From the IMG/VR virus record IMGVR_UViG_2695420538_000011: a stretch of DNA of 18,058 bases; one strand, given 5' to 3'. Below, in pieces: positions 1 through 8,578 of this stretch (positions are counted from its first letter, which is position 1; each line of letters opens with the position of its first letter). The stretch is from a virus (taxonomy: Duplodnaviria > Heunggongvirae > Uroviricota > Caudoviricetes). The notes under the pieces are model-generated. The model was not told the DNA's origin. It saw only the letters and a list, made by a program, of their open reading frames with translations, and did not search any database. The position numbers and the translations under genes were made by a program.

Positions 1-222
1 GAGTGCTTTGCATTCTGCTTTGGTATACGTTTTACCGAGCATGATGTCTTTTCCTGTATGCCCGTGACATACAGTCCATACACCAACAATATCTTTGTAT
101 GGTATGTAGCTAACACCTTCCAGACCATCGTTACCACTTGGTCCAGTGATTAACACAGATGCTATAGCAATAGCCCCGCCACTTATCGCCGCTATTACGC
201 TATTTCGTAGTGCCGGTGACAT
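1..222 (-). CDS. SAR-type endolysin (T4-lysozyme-like muramidase), 5' portion only; ORF runs off the window at position 1
   Basis: My own minus-strand translation from ATG 222..220 gives [74 protein letters not shown]. It has a Gly/Ala-rich weakly hydrophobic N-terminus (signal-arrest-release-like) followed by the E..D..T lysozyme motif (EG...PYKD...[10 protein letters not shown]). The start overlaps the holin 3' end, as in phage 21 and P1-type lysis cassettes. This ORF is not in the supplied track because it is truncated. Confidence 0.8.
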   Translation of the reverse strand, partial: MSPALRNSVIAAISGGAIAIASVLITGPSGNDGLEGVSYIPYKDIVGVWTVCHGHTGKDIMLGKTYTKAECKAL

Positions 223-403
223 TGCCATTCAATCTGTCCTCGCGCTCTTTGCGCTTGTAGTACCAGTTGATGCCAAATGTGCCGACAGTACAAAGAATAC
301 CAATGATGACAGCCCAGTCATTCAGGGAGAGAATGCCACCCATCGCAGTCAGTCCTCCGAAGCTGTAACTGAACCATTCTCTGATTTTGTCCATACGGTA
401 CAT
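200..403 (-). CDS. Class II holin, probably a pinholin, with a dual-start motif (Met1/Met4)
   Basis: 67 aa, [67 protein letters not shown]. Two predicted transmembrane segments are followed by a charged C-terminal tail. The M-x-x-M-D-K-I start resembles the S21 holin/antiholin dual start. It sits immediately upstream of, and overlaps, the SAR endolysin. Confidence 0.7.
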   Translation of the reverse strand: MYRMDKIREWFSYSFGGLTAMGGILSLNDWAVIIGILCTVGTFGINWYYKRKEREDRLNGNVTGTTK

Positions 404-647
404 GCTCTACCCCTTCATTGAGGGGATTTGCTCTATTTAATTAGGAATAAGGTCGATTACTGATAGAACAAATCCAGGCTACTGTGTTTAGTAATCAGAT
501 TTGTTCGTGACCGATATGCACGGGCAAAACGGCATGAGCTTGTTAGCGCAACATCCTGCCACCCGCTTTCACGAAGGTCATGTGTAGAAGGCCGCAGCAT
601 AACTATCACTGATGAATTCAGGATAACCAGTGGCTACGGCTCAGTTT

Positions 648-696
648 GGGTTGTGGCGGCCGGAATCGAACCGGCTTCCATCGGTGCGCTGCCGAT
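648..696 (-). other. tRNA 3'-half-like relic (anticodon-arm-like hairpin, 4-nt variable region, canonical T-arm GCCGG-TTCGATT-CCGGC, 7-nt acceptor 3' strand); not an intact tRNA gene
   Basis: Minus strand reads ATCGG-CAGCGCA-CCGAT-GGAA-GCCGG-TTCGATT-CCGGC-CGCCACA-A-CCC. No complementary 5' acceptor strand or D-arm exists upstream, and the loop lacks U33. Confidence 0.35.
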
Positions 697-894
697 TGCA
701 GTACGCGCGGCGGTCAGCTACATGACTAGTATTTTCACTATCGCCTATCTGCTAGCTCGCCATTGAGCTTCACCACAACGATAAGAGCACTCGGTGCATT
801 TAAGCCAAGTCCCATAAAGGAGAATGCTCTTACCTGTTGTGCAAACAAAAAAAGCCACCGTTGCAACTTAAGAGTCACTAACGGCAGCTTATGT

Positions 895-930
895 GAATAG
901 TGTTGCTCATTTGCTCAATGATGTCAACAC
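895..930 (-). promoter_or_regulatory. Candidate late promoter pR' and Q-utilisation region
   Basis: A TTGACA -35-like hexamer lies on the minus strand at 927..922, 6 nt downstream of the Q stop, which is the position where lambdoid pR' is found. No canonical -10 is present at 17 bp spacing (AACACT), so the call is weak. Confidence 0.3.
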
Positions 931-933
931 GTT

Positions 934-1422
934 CTATGCTACATGTTTAATTTTCTCTACACGTTTCCGGTTTTTAAACGCACTATCCAGAACCGGATAA
1001 ATCATAAACAACGAGGCATTGAGGATTTCGTCAACTTCCCGGCGACAGGTTGCGAGCGATGGTTTTTGAATGCGCCCGCCGCCCCGGCATAACATCTTGC
1101 GAGGTCTTGCGACGCGATGATAGTAAGATGCAATGGCGTGCTTGGAAGAACCGTGGGCGTAGTAGCTGAGGAGGATGCCAAAGGCTTTCTTGTCAATGTA
1201 CATGACGGAATCGACGACCTGAGAAATCAACATTCCATCATCATCATTACACATTGGCCTTGTCATAACTCTTCCCGGCTCTACGCTCTCCATGAACTTC
1301 GCTATTACGCTGCTCATGCGCTTTTCCAGACGACCTGAATAAACCCATGCGCCCCACAGTTCAAGCCAGCCATTCAGCCACTCATGCTGCTCTTTGGTGA
1401 GGTTTAGTTCTCTTATGCCCAC
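934..1422 (-). CDS. Q: Late antiterminator Q, phage 21 / QuuD type (not lambda Q)
   Basis: 162 aa. It sits between the nin region and the lysis genes. The W-G-A-W and [12 protein letters not shown] motifs resemble the Q21/QuuD family as I recall it, and there is no similarity to the 207-aa lambda Q. The start overlaps the ninI-like stop. Confidence 0.72.
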   Translation of the reverse strand: MGIRELNLTKEQHEWLNGWLELWGAWVYSGRLEKRMSSVIAKFMESVEPGRVMTRPMCNDDDGMLISQVVDSVMYIDKKAFGILLSYYAHGSSKHAIASYYHRVARPRKMLCRGGGRIQKPSLATCRREVDEILNASLFMIYPVLDSAFKNRKRVEKIKHVA

Positions 1423-2084
1423 GCGCCTTCTCCCTGTACCTGAATCAATGTGAGCTTTCCGCAGAACACTGCGCCGGTATCGATATACATCTGGTTGGCA
1501 AACTTGAGTGGTTTCACTGCTGGCGTATGACCAAAGATGAACGTGTCCGCGCCTTTGATTTCTTTTACGATCCCGTCTTGTGAGTTGCTGATTCGTTCGC
1601 GGTTCCAGATTACCTGCTGATGATCAACTGGCTTTCCAAACTCGTATTCGTCACAAGGATAATCGGCGTGGCAGATGACATATTTTTTATCTTTGCTCAC
1701 CAGTTCGATGATTAACGGAAGTTCTTCTGCTTTATGGGCAAGAGCTTTAGCCAGAATTTCTTTGTCGTAATCGAGATTAAAGAACCAGCCACCGCCATTA
1801 AGCAGCCAGTGATTAACGTTTCCACGCTCTGATAAGCCATCAATCATCATTTGCTCATGGTTTCCACGTACAGCTCTGAACCAGGGGAATGTGATTAATT
1901 CCAGGCATTCGACGTTCTCTGTACCGCGATCGACCAAATCGCCAACCGAGATAAGCAGGTCTTTTTTGGTGTCGAATCCTATCGTCTCCAGTTTTTTCAT
2001 CAGGTTCGTGTAGCATCCGTGCAGATCGCCAACTACCCAAATATTTCGGTATTTGCTGCCATCAATTTTTTCGTAATAGCGCAT
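1413..2084 (-). CDS. ninI: NinI-like serine/threonine protein phosphatase (calcineurin-like metallophosphatase)
   Basis: Start is at the internal Met ([24 protein letters not shown]...), preceded by a GGAG ribosome-binding site; the track ORF is extended upstream. Metallophosphatase motifs GDLHG, GDLVDRG and GNHE are present. It overlaps the ninH 3' end by 23 nt, as in lambda. Confidence 0.9.
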   Translation of the reverse strand: MRYYEKIDGSKYRNIWVVGDLHGCYTNLMKKLETIGFDTKKDLLISVGDLVDRGTENVECLELITFPWFRAVRGNHEQMMIDGLSERGNVNHWLLNGGGWFFNLDYDKEILAKALAHKAEELPLIIELVSKDKKYVICHADYPCDEYEFGKPVDHQQVIWNRERISNSQDGIVKEIKGADTFIFGHTPAVKPLKFANQMYIDTGAVFCGKLTLIQVQGEGAWA

Positions 2085-2268
2085 CTCTTTCACTCCATCC
2101 GCGATGAACCATGAGAACGTCGTTGACGATGGCGTGCATTTTCCCGTCTTTATCATCAACGTATTTTCTGACCGTACCGCGACTACATTTCAGTCTGCGT
2201 GCTACTTCTGTCTGGTTTCCGTATGCTTCAACGAGCATGTCTGGAATGGTTTTTACTGAGAACGTCAT
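2062..2268 (-). CDS. ninH: NinH
   Basis: 68 aa, [37 protein letters not shown]..., matching lambda NinH from memory. Its ATG overlaps the ninG stop (ATGA). Confidence 0.85.
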   Translation of the reverse strand: MTFSVKTIPDMLVEAYGNQTEVARRLKCSRGTVRKYVDDKDGKMHAIVNDVLMVHRGWSERDALLRKN

Positions 2269-2876
2269 GCGGCCTCACTTCTGCTATTTCGCAGGTCTTT
2301 GAGTTTCTGTTGGTACTCTGCCTTGATCGCCTTGCACTCTTCGACAGTCCAGCGATGGCGGTTATGGTTTGATTCGATTTCGTCTACTGCTTCCTTCCCG
2401 ATGCGGCTAATCAGTTCGACGCGATACGGAACGAGATTTCCGCTTTTGTGCTGGTTGCACACCACGCATTGCTTGTGAATATTGCGTTCATCAAATCGGA
2501 GTTGAGGTGCCGCAGCAGTTGTCCGGTAATGTCCGGCATCCCACTGAGCAGACGTGAGCGTTCCGCACGAGATACATGGTAAGTCGCGGTCTCTTTCTCT
2601 GATGAAGGCGTTTACGGCTTGTTGGGCTTGTTTAATCCAGTAACTGCGGGGCTTTAAGGCGAGTTTTCGAATCTTCAGTTTATCTTTCTGTTTCTGCTCC
2701 TCTCGTCGTCGTTTCTTCTCTGCTGCTTTTTCCGCTTTTTCGCGTTCTTTGCTTCGTCGTTCCAGTGCTATCTTTGTTCCACACTCTGGAGAGCACCACC
2801 ACTGATTAGCGAATGCAGGGTGAAACCATTCCCGACATTCATCGTTTTTACATCGTCTTCGCGCTGGTTTAGCCAT
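2265..2876 (-). CDS. ninG: NinG (Rap), recombination-associated structure-specific endonuclease
   Basis: 203 aa, [40 protein letters not shown]..., with Cys-rich motifs and a basic coiled stretch. It matches lambda NinG from memory. Confidence 0.9.
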   Translation of the reverse strand: MAKPARRRCKNDECREWFHPAFANQWWCSPECGTKIALERRSKEREKAEKAAEKKRRREEQKQKDKLKIRKLALKPRSYWIKQAQQAVNAFIRERDRDLPCISCGTLTSAQWDAGHYRTTAAAPQLRFDERNIHKQCVVCNQHKSGNLVPYRVELISRIGKEAVDEIESNHNRHRWTVEECKAIKAEYQQKLKDLRNSRSEAA

Positions 2877-2929
2877 CGTCTTCTTCCTCGTGCATCGAGC
2901 TATTCGGATCGCTCATCAGTTCTGCGCAG

Positions 2930-3436
2930 TTATGGTCTGCCATGGTTTTCATGAAAACCCAGTTCTTTTTCTACCCTCTTCCTTTCTGCAATAGCGTCAA
3001 TGATGCTAGCAAATATTCCAAGATATTTGGTGCGCCCATCTACGCATATATTCGCAATCCACTTACATCTCTCTTTATTGAAATATACTCCAGTCACTCC
3101 TGACGAATTGGTTATTTTTCTCTTTTGGTTCTGTGCATTCTGTTGGTGTGTAACCAATCGAAGATTAGATAGCCTATTATCTGACCTTACTCCATTTATA
3201 TGATCAATTTTATACCCTAATGGAATCTCACCATTATTTATCATCCATATAACGTGGTGAGCATAAGTAATTACACCATCGATAGTTAACATCCTATAAC
3301 CATCACTCCTAATGTAACCAGCAACACTGCCAACCTTAACATTATTAGAAGGAGACACTTTCCATCTAAGTACACCTAAAACATCATCATATGATAATTT
3401 ATTTCTTAATTCGTCTATGTTGCTTATATTTCTCAT
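2930..3436 (-). CDS. HNH (HNH_3-type) endonuclease with a C-terminal AP2-like DNA-binding region; homing-endonuclease-like insertion in the nin region
   Basis: 168 aa. It carries a GYKIDHINGVRSDNRLSNLRLVTHQQNAQNQ HNH motif followed by a GVTGVYFNKERCKWIANI AP2-like segment. Local base composition is visibly more AT-rich than the flanking nin genes. Lambda has no gene between ninF and ninG. Confidence 0.8.
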   Translation of the reverse strand: MRNISNIDELRNKLSYDDVLGVLRWKVSPSNNVKVGSVAGYIRSDGYRMLTIDGVITYAHHVIWMINNGEIPLGYKIDHINGVRSDNRLSNLRLVTHQQNAQNQKRKITNSSGVTGVYFNKERCKWIANICVDGRTKYLGIFASIIDAIAERKRVEKELGFHENHGRP

Positions 3437-3578
3437 TATGTTCCACCATATTTAAGCATTCATATATACAACGCTCACACACATGAACTTCCAGCACATG
3501 CAGCTTCTGACCACAGTTAGCGCACGTTAAAGCTCGCTCGACGCTTTCTTGTTCGTAACTTCGATTTGGGTCAATCAC
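3399..3578 (-). CDS. ninF: NinF-like zinc-ribbon protein with a divergent C-terminus
   Basis: The [25 protein letters not shown] core matches lambda NinF as recalled. A GTG at 3578 overlaps the ninE stop (GTGA), the same coupling as lambda; the alternative ATG at 3620 gives the 73-aa track ORF. The C-terminal residues ([22 protein letters not shown]) are encoded by AT-rich DNA continuous with the HNH insertion. Confidence 0.6.
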   Translation of the reverse strand: MIDPNRSYEQESVERALTCANCGQKLHVLEVHVCERCIYECLNMVEHNEKYKQHRRIKK

Positions 3579-3757
3579 CTTGTATTCCTCGCACGATGTC
3601 TTAGCCACCGGATATCCCACAGGTGAGCCGTGTAGTTGAAGGTTTTTACGTCAGATTCTTTTGGGATTGGCTTGCGTTTATTTCTGGAGCGTTTCGTTGG
3701 AAGGTATTTGCAGTTTTCGCAGATGATGTCGGTGATACTTCGTCGCTGTCGTCTCAT
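3575..3757 (-). CDS. ninE: NinE
   Basis: Start is at the internal Met ([60 protein letters not shown], 60 aa), matching lambda NinE from memory. Its ATG overlaps the ninB stop, so ninC and ninD are absent. Confidence 0.8.
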   Translation of the reverse strand: MRRQRRSITDIICENCKYLPTKRSRNKRKPIPKESDVKTFNYTAHLWDIRWLRHRARNTR

Positions 3758-4194
3758 GCCGCCCTGTCTCCCCATCGCGCTTTCCATTCGAGAGCCAGTC
3801 GCGCTTCGTCCGACCACTTAACGCCACGCTCTGTACCGAATGCCTGTATAAGCTCTAATAGCTCCGCAAATTCGCTTACACGCATCCTGCTGGTTGACTG
3901 GCCTATTACCACAAAGCCATTCCCGGCAAGGTTAGGAACAACATCCTGCTGCTTTAATGCTGCGGTAAACACACACTTCCAGCTTTCTGCATCCAGCCAG
4001 CGACCATGCCATTCAACCTGACGAGAGACGTCACCAAGGCAAGCCCAAAGCTTTCGATTCTGGTCTAAGCTGCGGTTGCGTTCCTGAATGGTTACTACGA
4101 TTGGTTTGGTTGGGTCTGGAAGGATTTGCTGGATAGCTTGAATGGCGTTCTGCTGATGTGCTGGAGATCGAATTTCAAAGGTTAGTTTTTTCAT
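3754..4194 (-). CDS. ninB: NinB (Orf), recombination mediator
   Basis: Start is at the internal Met ([31 protein letters not shown]...), 146 aa, matching lambda NinB. The track ORF is extended by 6 codons upstream. Confidence 0.9.
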   Translation of the reverse strand: MKKLTFEIRSPAHQQNAIQAIQQILPDPTKPIVVTIQERNRSLDQNRKLWACLGDVSRQVEWHGRWLDAESWKCVFTAALKQQDVVPNLAGNGFVVIGQSTSRMRVSEFAELLELIQAFGTERGVKWSDEARLALEWKARWGDRAA

Positions 4195-4210
4195 GACTTC
4201 CCTCTCCCCC

Positions 4211-4242
4211 AAATAAAAAGGCCTGCGATTACCAGCAGGCCT
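4211..4242 (-). terminator. Intrinsic terminator tR2
   Basis: On the minus strand an 8-bp GC-rich stem (AGGCCTGC / GCAGGCCT, 8-nt loop) is followed by TTTTATTT. It lies between ren and ninB, exactly where lambda tR2 sits. Confidence 0.65.
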
Positions 4243-4267
4243 GTTATTAGCTCAGTAATGTAGATGG

Positions 4268-4558
4268 TCATCTTTTAACTCCATATACCGCCAATACCCG
4301 TTTCATCGCGGCACTCTGGCGACACTCCTTAAAAACCAGGTTCGTGCTCATCTTTCCTTCCCGTTCTTCCCTGGTAGCAAACCGGTAATACACCGTTCGC
4401 CAGACCTTACCTTCGATAACCAGAAGACCTGCCCGTGCCATTTTAGCCGCGGCCTGATTTATGCTGGTTACTGTTGCGCCTGTTAGCGCGGCAACGTCCG
4501 GCGCACAGAAGCTATTATGCGTCCCCAGGTAATGAATAATTGCCTCTTTGCCCGTCAT
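4268..4558 (-). CDS. ren: Ren (Rex-exclusion resistance protein)
   Basis: 96 aa, MTGKEAIIHYLGTHNSFCAPDVAALTGATVTS..., matching lambda Ren from memory. It overlaps the P stop. Confidence 0.9.
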   Translation of the reverse strand: MTGKEAIIHYLGTHNSFCAPDVAALTGATVTSINQAAAKMARAGLLVIEGKVWRTVYYRFATREEREGKMSTNLVFKECRQSAAMKRVLAVYGVKR

Positions 4559-5256
4559 ACACTTGCTCCTTTCAGTCCGAACTTAGCTTTGATTTCTGCG
4601 ATCTTCGCCAGAGCCTGTGCACGATTTAGAGGTCTACCGCCCATGACAGGAAGTTGTTTTACTGGTTCAGGGATCGCCTCACCACGGTTAATTCTCGCAG
4701 TCATATGGACAAGCTCATCTGCGGCCTTACGGCGTAATTCCGCATCAGTAAGCGCATTGGCCCGCATGTTCTGATACAGGTTGGTAACCAGCCAGTAGTG
4801 CGCGTTTGATTTCCACGGATAAGACTCCGCATCCGGATACAGGCCTCGCTTCCGGCAATACTCGTAAACCATATCAACCAGCTCGCTGACGTTTGGCAGT
4901 CCGGCGGTAACGGATGCTTCTTCCCGGCACCATGCAACAAACTGCCCGGGTGATGGCAGAAATGGTCGATTCTGCCGACGGGCTACGCGCATTCCTGCGT
5001 TAACCTGTTCCATCGTGGTGATCCCGTTTTCCCGAAAAGCCAGAACCCACTGGCGACGGATTTCGTTCACTTCGTTCTGGTCACGGTTAGCCAGGCTCGC
5101 CGGGAAAGTTGCCAGTAACTGGCTGAACACACCGTTGATGATCTGCGCTACCTGCTGTACCTGCGGCTTTTCGTCGTAGTGTTCCGGCATGTTGTTGGCG
5201 ATCCGACGCATCTGCTCACGGTCAAAGTTAACCATCTGTGCGGCGATGTTTTTCAT
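4555..5256 (-). CDS. P: Replication protein P (DnaB helicase loader)
   Basis: 233 aa, MKNIAAQMVNFDREQMRRIANNMPEHYDEKPQ..., matching lambda P. It overlaps the O stop. Confidence 0.95.
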   Translation of the reverse strand: MKNIAAQMVNFDREQMRRIANNMPEHYDEKPQVQQVAQIINGVFSQLLATFPASLANRDQNEVNEIRRQWVLAFRENGITTMEQVNAGMRVARRQNRPFLPSPGQFVAWCREEASVTAGLPNVSELVDMVYEYCRKRGLYPDAESYPWKSNAHYWLVTNLYQNMRANALTDAELRRKAADELVHMTARINRGEAIPEPVKQLPVMGGRPLNRAQALAKIAEIKAKFGLKGASV

Positions 5257-6152
5257 AGATCCACCCCGTAAATCCAGTCTGTGTTTGTCAGGTCGAGTTT
5301 TGGTTTGCTGGCTGTCACGCCTGCCTGTTGCTTGTTACGGTTGATTTCGAGTTGGGTCCACTTATCGCGGAGTTTGGCCGGACTCAGCACGTTACCGGAC
5401 CAGAAGTTGTCCTGGCATGCCCAGCGGAACAGCACACACATGTCGCGGTGGTTACGTCCGTCACGTTCACGCATCAGGCGGATATCGTTAGCCCACCCAG
5501 CAAAATTCGGTTTTCTGGCTGATGGTGCGATAGTCTTCACCATGTCAAACATCCACTCTGCGGCGGTCAGGTCTTCTGCTGTCCCCCACTTGCTGCCGCT
5601 CTGAATTGCAGCATCCGGTTTCACCACAGAAAGGTCGTTTTCTGGCTGGTCAGAGGATTCGCCAGAATTCTCTGACGAATAATCTTTTCTTTTTTCTTTT
5701 GTAATAGTGTCTTTTGTGTCCCCCTGTTTTGAGGGATAGCAATCCCCCAATTTGAGGGATGTTTTATCCCTCGTTTTAGGGGATTTTCCCTCGTTTTGAG
5801 GGATGCACCATTCTGAGATGTTTTTATTTGGTCCAAACATGCCGCCTTGCTGCTTGATAATATTCATTCTGACGAGTTCTAACTTGGCTTCATTGCACCG
5901 TTTGACAGGTAACTTTGTAATCTCGCTAAGTTGAGAATCGGTGATTCTGTCCATTGGTTTATTCCACCCATAGGTTTTACGCAGAATGGCAAGCAGCACT
6001 TTAAACTGTCGCTTGGTCAGATCTGCGCCCGAATAAGCCTCAAGCAGCATATTTGATAGTCTGGCGTAACCATCATCGAGATCTGCCACATTACGCTCCT
6101 GTCCGGCAAAGTTACCTCTGCCGAAGTTGAGTATTTTTGCTGTATTTGTCAT
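5253..6152 (-). CDS. O: Replication initiator O
   Basis: 299 aa, MTNTAKILNFGRGNFAGQERNVADLDDGYARLSNMLLEAYSG..., matching lambda O. The ori iterons lie inside the gene. Confidence 0.95.
   Translation of the reverse strand: MTNTAKILNFGRGNFAGQERNVADLDDGYARLSNMLLEAYSGADLTKRQFKVLLAILRKTYGWNKPMDRITDSQLSEITKLPVKRCNEAKLELVRMNIIKQQGGMFGPNKNISEWCIPQNEGKSPKTRDKTSLKLGDCYPSKQGDTKDTITKEKRKDYSSENSGESSDQPENDLSVVKPDAAIQSGSKWGTAEDLTAAEWMFDMVKTIAPSARKPNFAGWANDIRLMRERDGRNHRDMCVLFRWACQDNFWSGNVLSPAKLRDKWTQLEINRNKQQAGVTASKPKLDLTNTDWIYGVDL
5680..5805. repeat. ori-lambda: four roughly 19-bp O-binding iterons (5720-5805) plus the adjacent AT-rich unwinding region (5680-5719)
   Basis: Four tandem inverted-repeat iterons of the form ATCCCTCAAAACGAGGGAT (variants at 5720-5738, 5742-5760, 5766-5784, 5787-5805) sit within O. 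They are flanked by the T/A-rich run AATCTTTTCTTTTTTCTTTTGTAATAG. Confidence 0.88.
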
Positions 6153-6162
6153 AATGACTCCT

Positions 6163-6239
6163 GTTGATAGATCCAGTAATGACCTCAGAACTCCATCTGG
6201 ATTTGTTCAGAACGCTCGGTTGCCGCCGGGCGTTTTTTA
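6163..6239 (+). ncRNA. oop: oop antisense RNA (antisense to the cII 3' end)
   Basis: Coordinates are transposed from the lambda map using the colinear O and cII boundaries. A GC-rich hairpin followed by GCGTTTTTTATT (6221-6240) on the plus strand matches the oop terminator as recalled. Confidence 0.6.
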
Positions 6240-6478
6240 TTGGTGAGAATCGCAGCAACTTGTCGCGCCAATCGAGCCATGTCGTCGTCAACGACCCCCC
6301 ATTCAAGAACAGCAAGCAGCATTGAGAACTTTGGAATCCAGTCCCTCTTCCACCTGCTGATCTGCGACTTATCAACGCCCACAGCTTCCGCTGTCTTCTC
6401 AGTTCCAAGCATTGCGATTTTGTTAAGCAACGCACTCTCGATTCGTAGAGCCTCGTTGCGTTTGTTTGCACGAACCAT
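6185..6478 (-). CDS. cII: Transcriptional activator cII
   Basis: Start is at the internal Met (MVRANKRNEALRIESALLNKIAMLGTEKTAEAVGVDKSQISRWKRDWIPKFSMLLAVLEWGVVDDDMARLARQVAAILTNKKRPAATERSEQIQMEF, 97 aa), identical to lambda cII as recalled. The track ORF carries a 20-codon upstream extension. Confidence 0.95.
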   Translation of the reverse strand: MVRANKRNEALRIESALLNKIAMLGTEKTAEAVGVDKSQISRWKRDWIPKFSMLLAVLEWGVVDDDMARLARQVAAILTNKKRPAATERSEQIQMEF

Positions 6479-6495
6479 ATGTAAGTATTTCCTTA
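6456..6495 (+). promoter_or_regulatory. pRE (cII-activated promoter for repressor establishment)
   Basis: A TTGC-N6-TTGC cII recognition motif (TTGCGTTTGTTTGC, 6456-6469) lies on the plus strand inside the 5' end of cII and is oriented toward cro antisense and cI. Confidence 0.65.
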
Positions 6496-6557
6496 GATAA
6501 CAATTGATTGAATGTATGCAAATAAATGCATACACCATAGGTGTGGTTTAATTTGAT

Positions 6558-6589
6558 GCCCTTTTTCAGGGCTGGAATGTGTAAGAGCG
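6558..6589 (-). promoter_or_regulatory. nutR (boxB hairpin and boxA), with the tR1 region downstream toward cII
   Basis: On the minus strand boxA is CGCTCTTAC (plus 6581-6589) and boxB is GCCCTGAAAAAGGGC (plus 6558-6572), located between cro and cII. Confidence 0.75.
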
Positions 6590-6596
6590 GGGTTAT

Positions 6597-6806
<210 letters not shown>

Positions 6807-6821
6807 TTAGTACATGCAACC

Positions 6822-6892
6822 ATTATCACCGCCAGAGGTAAAATAGTCAACACGCACGGTGTTAGATATTTATCCCTTGCGGTGATAGATTT
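6822..6892. promoter_or_regulatory. Right operator OR1-OR2-OR3 with divergent promoters pR (toward cro) and pRM (toward cI)
   Basis: OR1 is TATCACCGCCAGAGGTA (6824-6840), OR2 is CAACACGCACGGTGTTA (6848-6864) and OR3 is TATCCCTTGCGGTGATA (6871-6887). The pRM -35 TAGATA and -10 TAGATT lie upstream of the leaderless cI ATG at 6898. Confidence 0.9.
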
Positions 6893-6894
6893 AA

Positions 6895-7611
<717 letters not shown>

Positions 7612-7723
7612 TCGGCAAGGTGTTCTGGTCGGCGCATAGCTGATAACAATTGAGCAAGAATCTTCATCGAATTAGGGGAATTTTCACTCCCCTCAGAACA
7701 TAACATAGTAAATGGATTGAATT

Positions 7724-8563
7724 ATGAAGAATGGTTTTTATGCGACTTACCGCAGCAAAAATAAAGGGAAAGATAAGCGCTCAATAAACCTGTCTGTTTT
7801 CCTTAATTCTCTGCTGGCTGATAATCATCACCTGCAGGTTGGCTCCAATTATTTGTATATTCATAAAATCGATGGAAAAACTTTTCTCTTTACCAAAACA
7901 AATGACAAGAGTCTGGTTCAGAAGATAAATCGCTCTAAAGCTTCAGTTGAAGATATTAAGAACAGCCTCGCAGATGACGAATCATTGGGATTCCCATCTT
8001 TTTTGTTTGTTGAAGGCGACACCATTGGTTTTGCCAGAACTGTTTTCGGGCCGACCACATCCGATCTGACAGATTTTTTAATCGGGAAAGGAATGTCATT
8101 AAGCAGTGGAGAGCGCGTTCAGATAGAGCCACTGATGAGGGGAACCACCAAAGACGATGTTATGCATATGCATTTCATCGGCCGAACAACGGTGAAGGTA
8201 GAAGCCAAGCTACCTGTATTTGGCGATATATTAAAGGTCTTAGGGGCAACAGATATTGAAGGGGAGCTTTTTGACTCATTGGATATAGTCATTAAGCCAA
8301 AATTTAAAAGGGATATAAAAAAGGTTGCCAAGGATATTATTTTTAACCCGTCACCTCAATTTTCAGACATTAGCCTGCGGGCAAAAGATGAGGCCGGAGA
8401 TATTTTAACAGAACATTATCTATCAGAAAAAGGCCATCTCTCAGCGCCTCTGAACAAGGTCACCAATGCTGAGATAGCTGAAGAGATGGCATATTGCTAC
8501 GCAAGAATGAAAAGTGATATACTGGAATGTTTTAAAAGGCAGGTGGGCAAAGTTAAGGATTAA
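7724..8563 (+). CDS. rexA: RexA (abortive-infection / phage-exclusion sensor)
   Basis: 279 aa, MKNGFYATYRSKNKGKDKRSINLSVFLNSLLADNHH..., matching lambda RexA as recalled. It occupies the canonical position downstream of cI. Confidence 0.95.
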   Translation: MKNGFYATYRSKNKGKDKRSINLSVFLNSLLADNHHLQVGSNYLYIHKIDGKTFLFTKTNDKSLVQKINRSKASVEDIKNSLADDESLGFPSFLFVEGDTIGFARTVFGPTTSDLTDFLIGKGMSLSSGERVQIEPLMRGTTKDDVMHMHFIGRTTVKVEAKLPVFGDILKVLGATDIEGELFDSLDIVIKPKFKRDIKKVAKDIIFNPSPQFSDISLRAKDEAGDILTEHYLSEKGHLSAPLNKVTNAEIAEEMAYCYARMKSDILECFKRQVGKVKD

Positions 8564-8578
8564 TTATCAGGAGTAATT

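Noticed and set aside
146-421. Plus-strand 91-aa ORF overlapping the holin
   Set aside because: It is antisense to a well-supported holin with a dual-start motif and coupled endolysin, and has no ribosome-binding site or recognisable protein features.
632-735. An intact tRNA gene on either strand
   Set aside because: A T-arm and anticodon-like hairpin are present, but no complementary acceptor 5' strand or D-arm can be found. The plus-strand GGCTACGGCTCAG resemblance to a tRNA 5' end does not extend into a cloverleaf. It is recorded only as a tRNA-like relic.
846-888. T-run with a weak upstream hairpin as the tR' terminator
   Set aside because: The only stem available has two G-U pairs and an 18-nt loop, and it lies only about 40 nt from the candidate pR' -35. 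This is not convincing without folding energy calculation or comparison with phage 21.
6112-6538. Alternative-frame and extended ORFs over cII (119 aa and 117 aa on the minus strand, 86 aa on the plus strand)
   Set aside because: Lambda cII begins at the internal ATG (6478); the upstream extension would cross the nutR/tR1 region. The other ORFs are out-of-frame or antisense overlaps of a verified gene.
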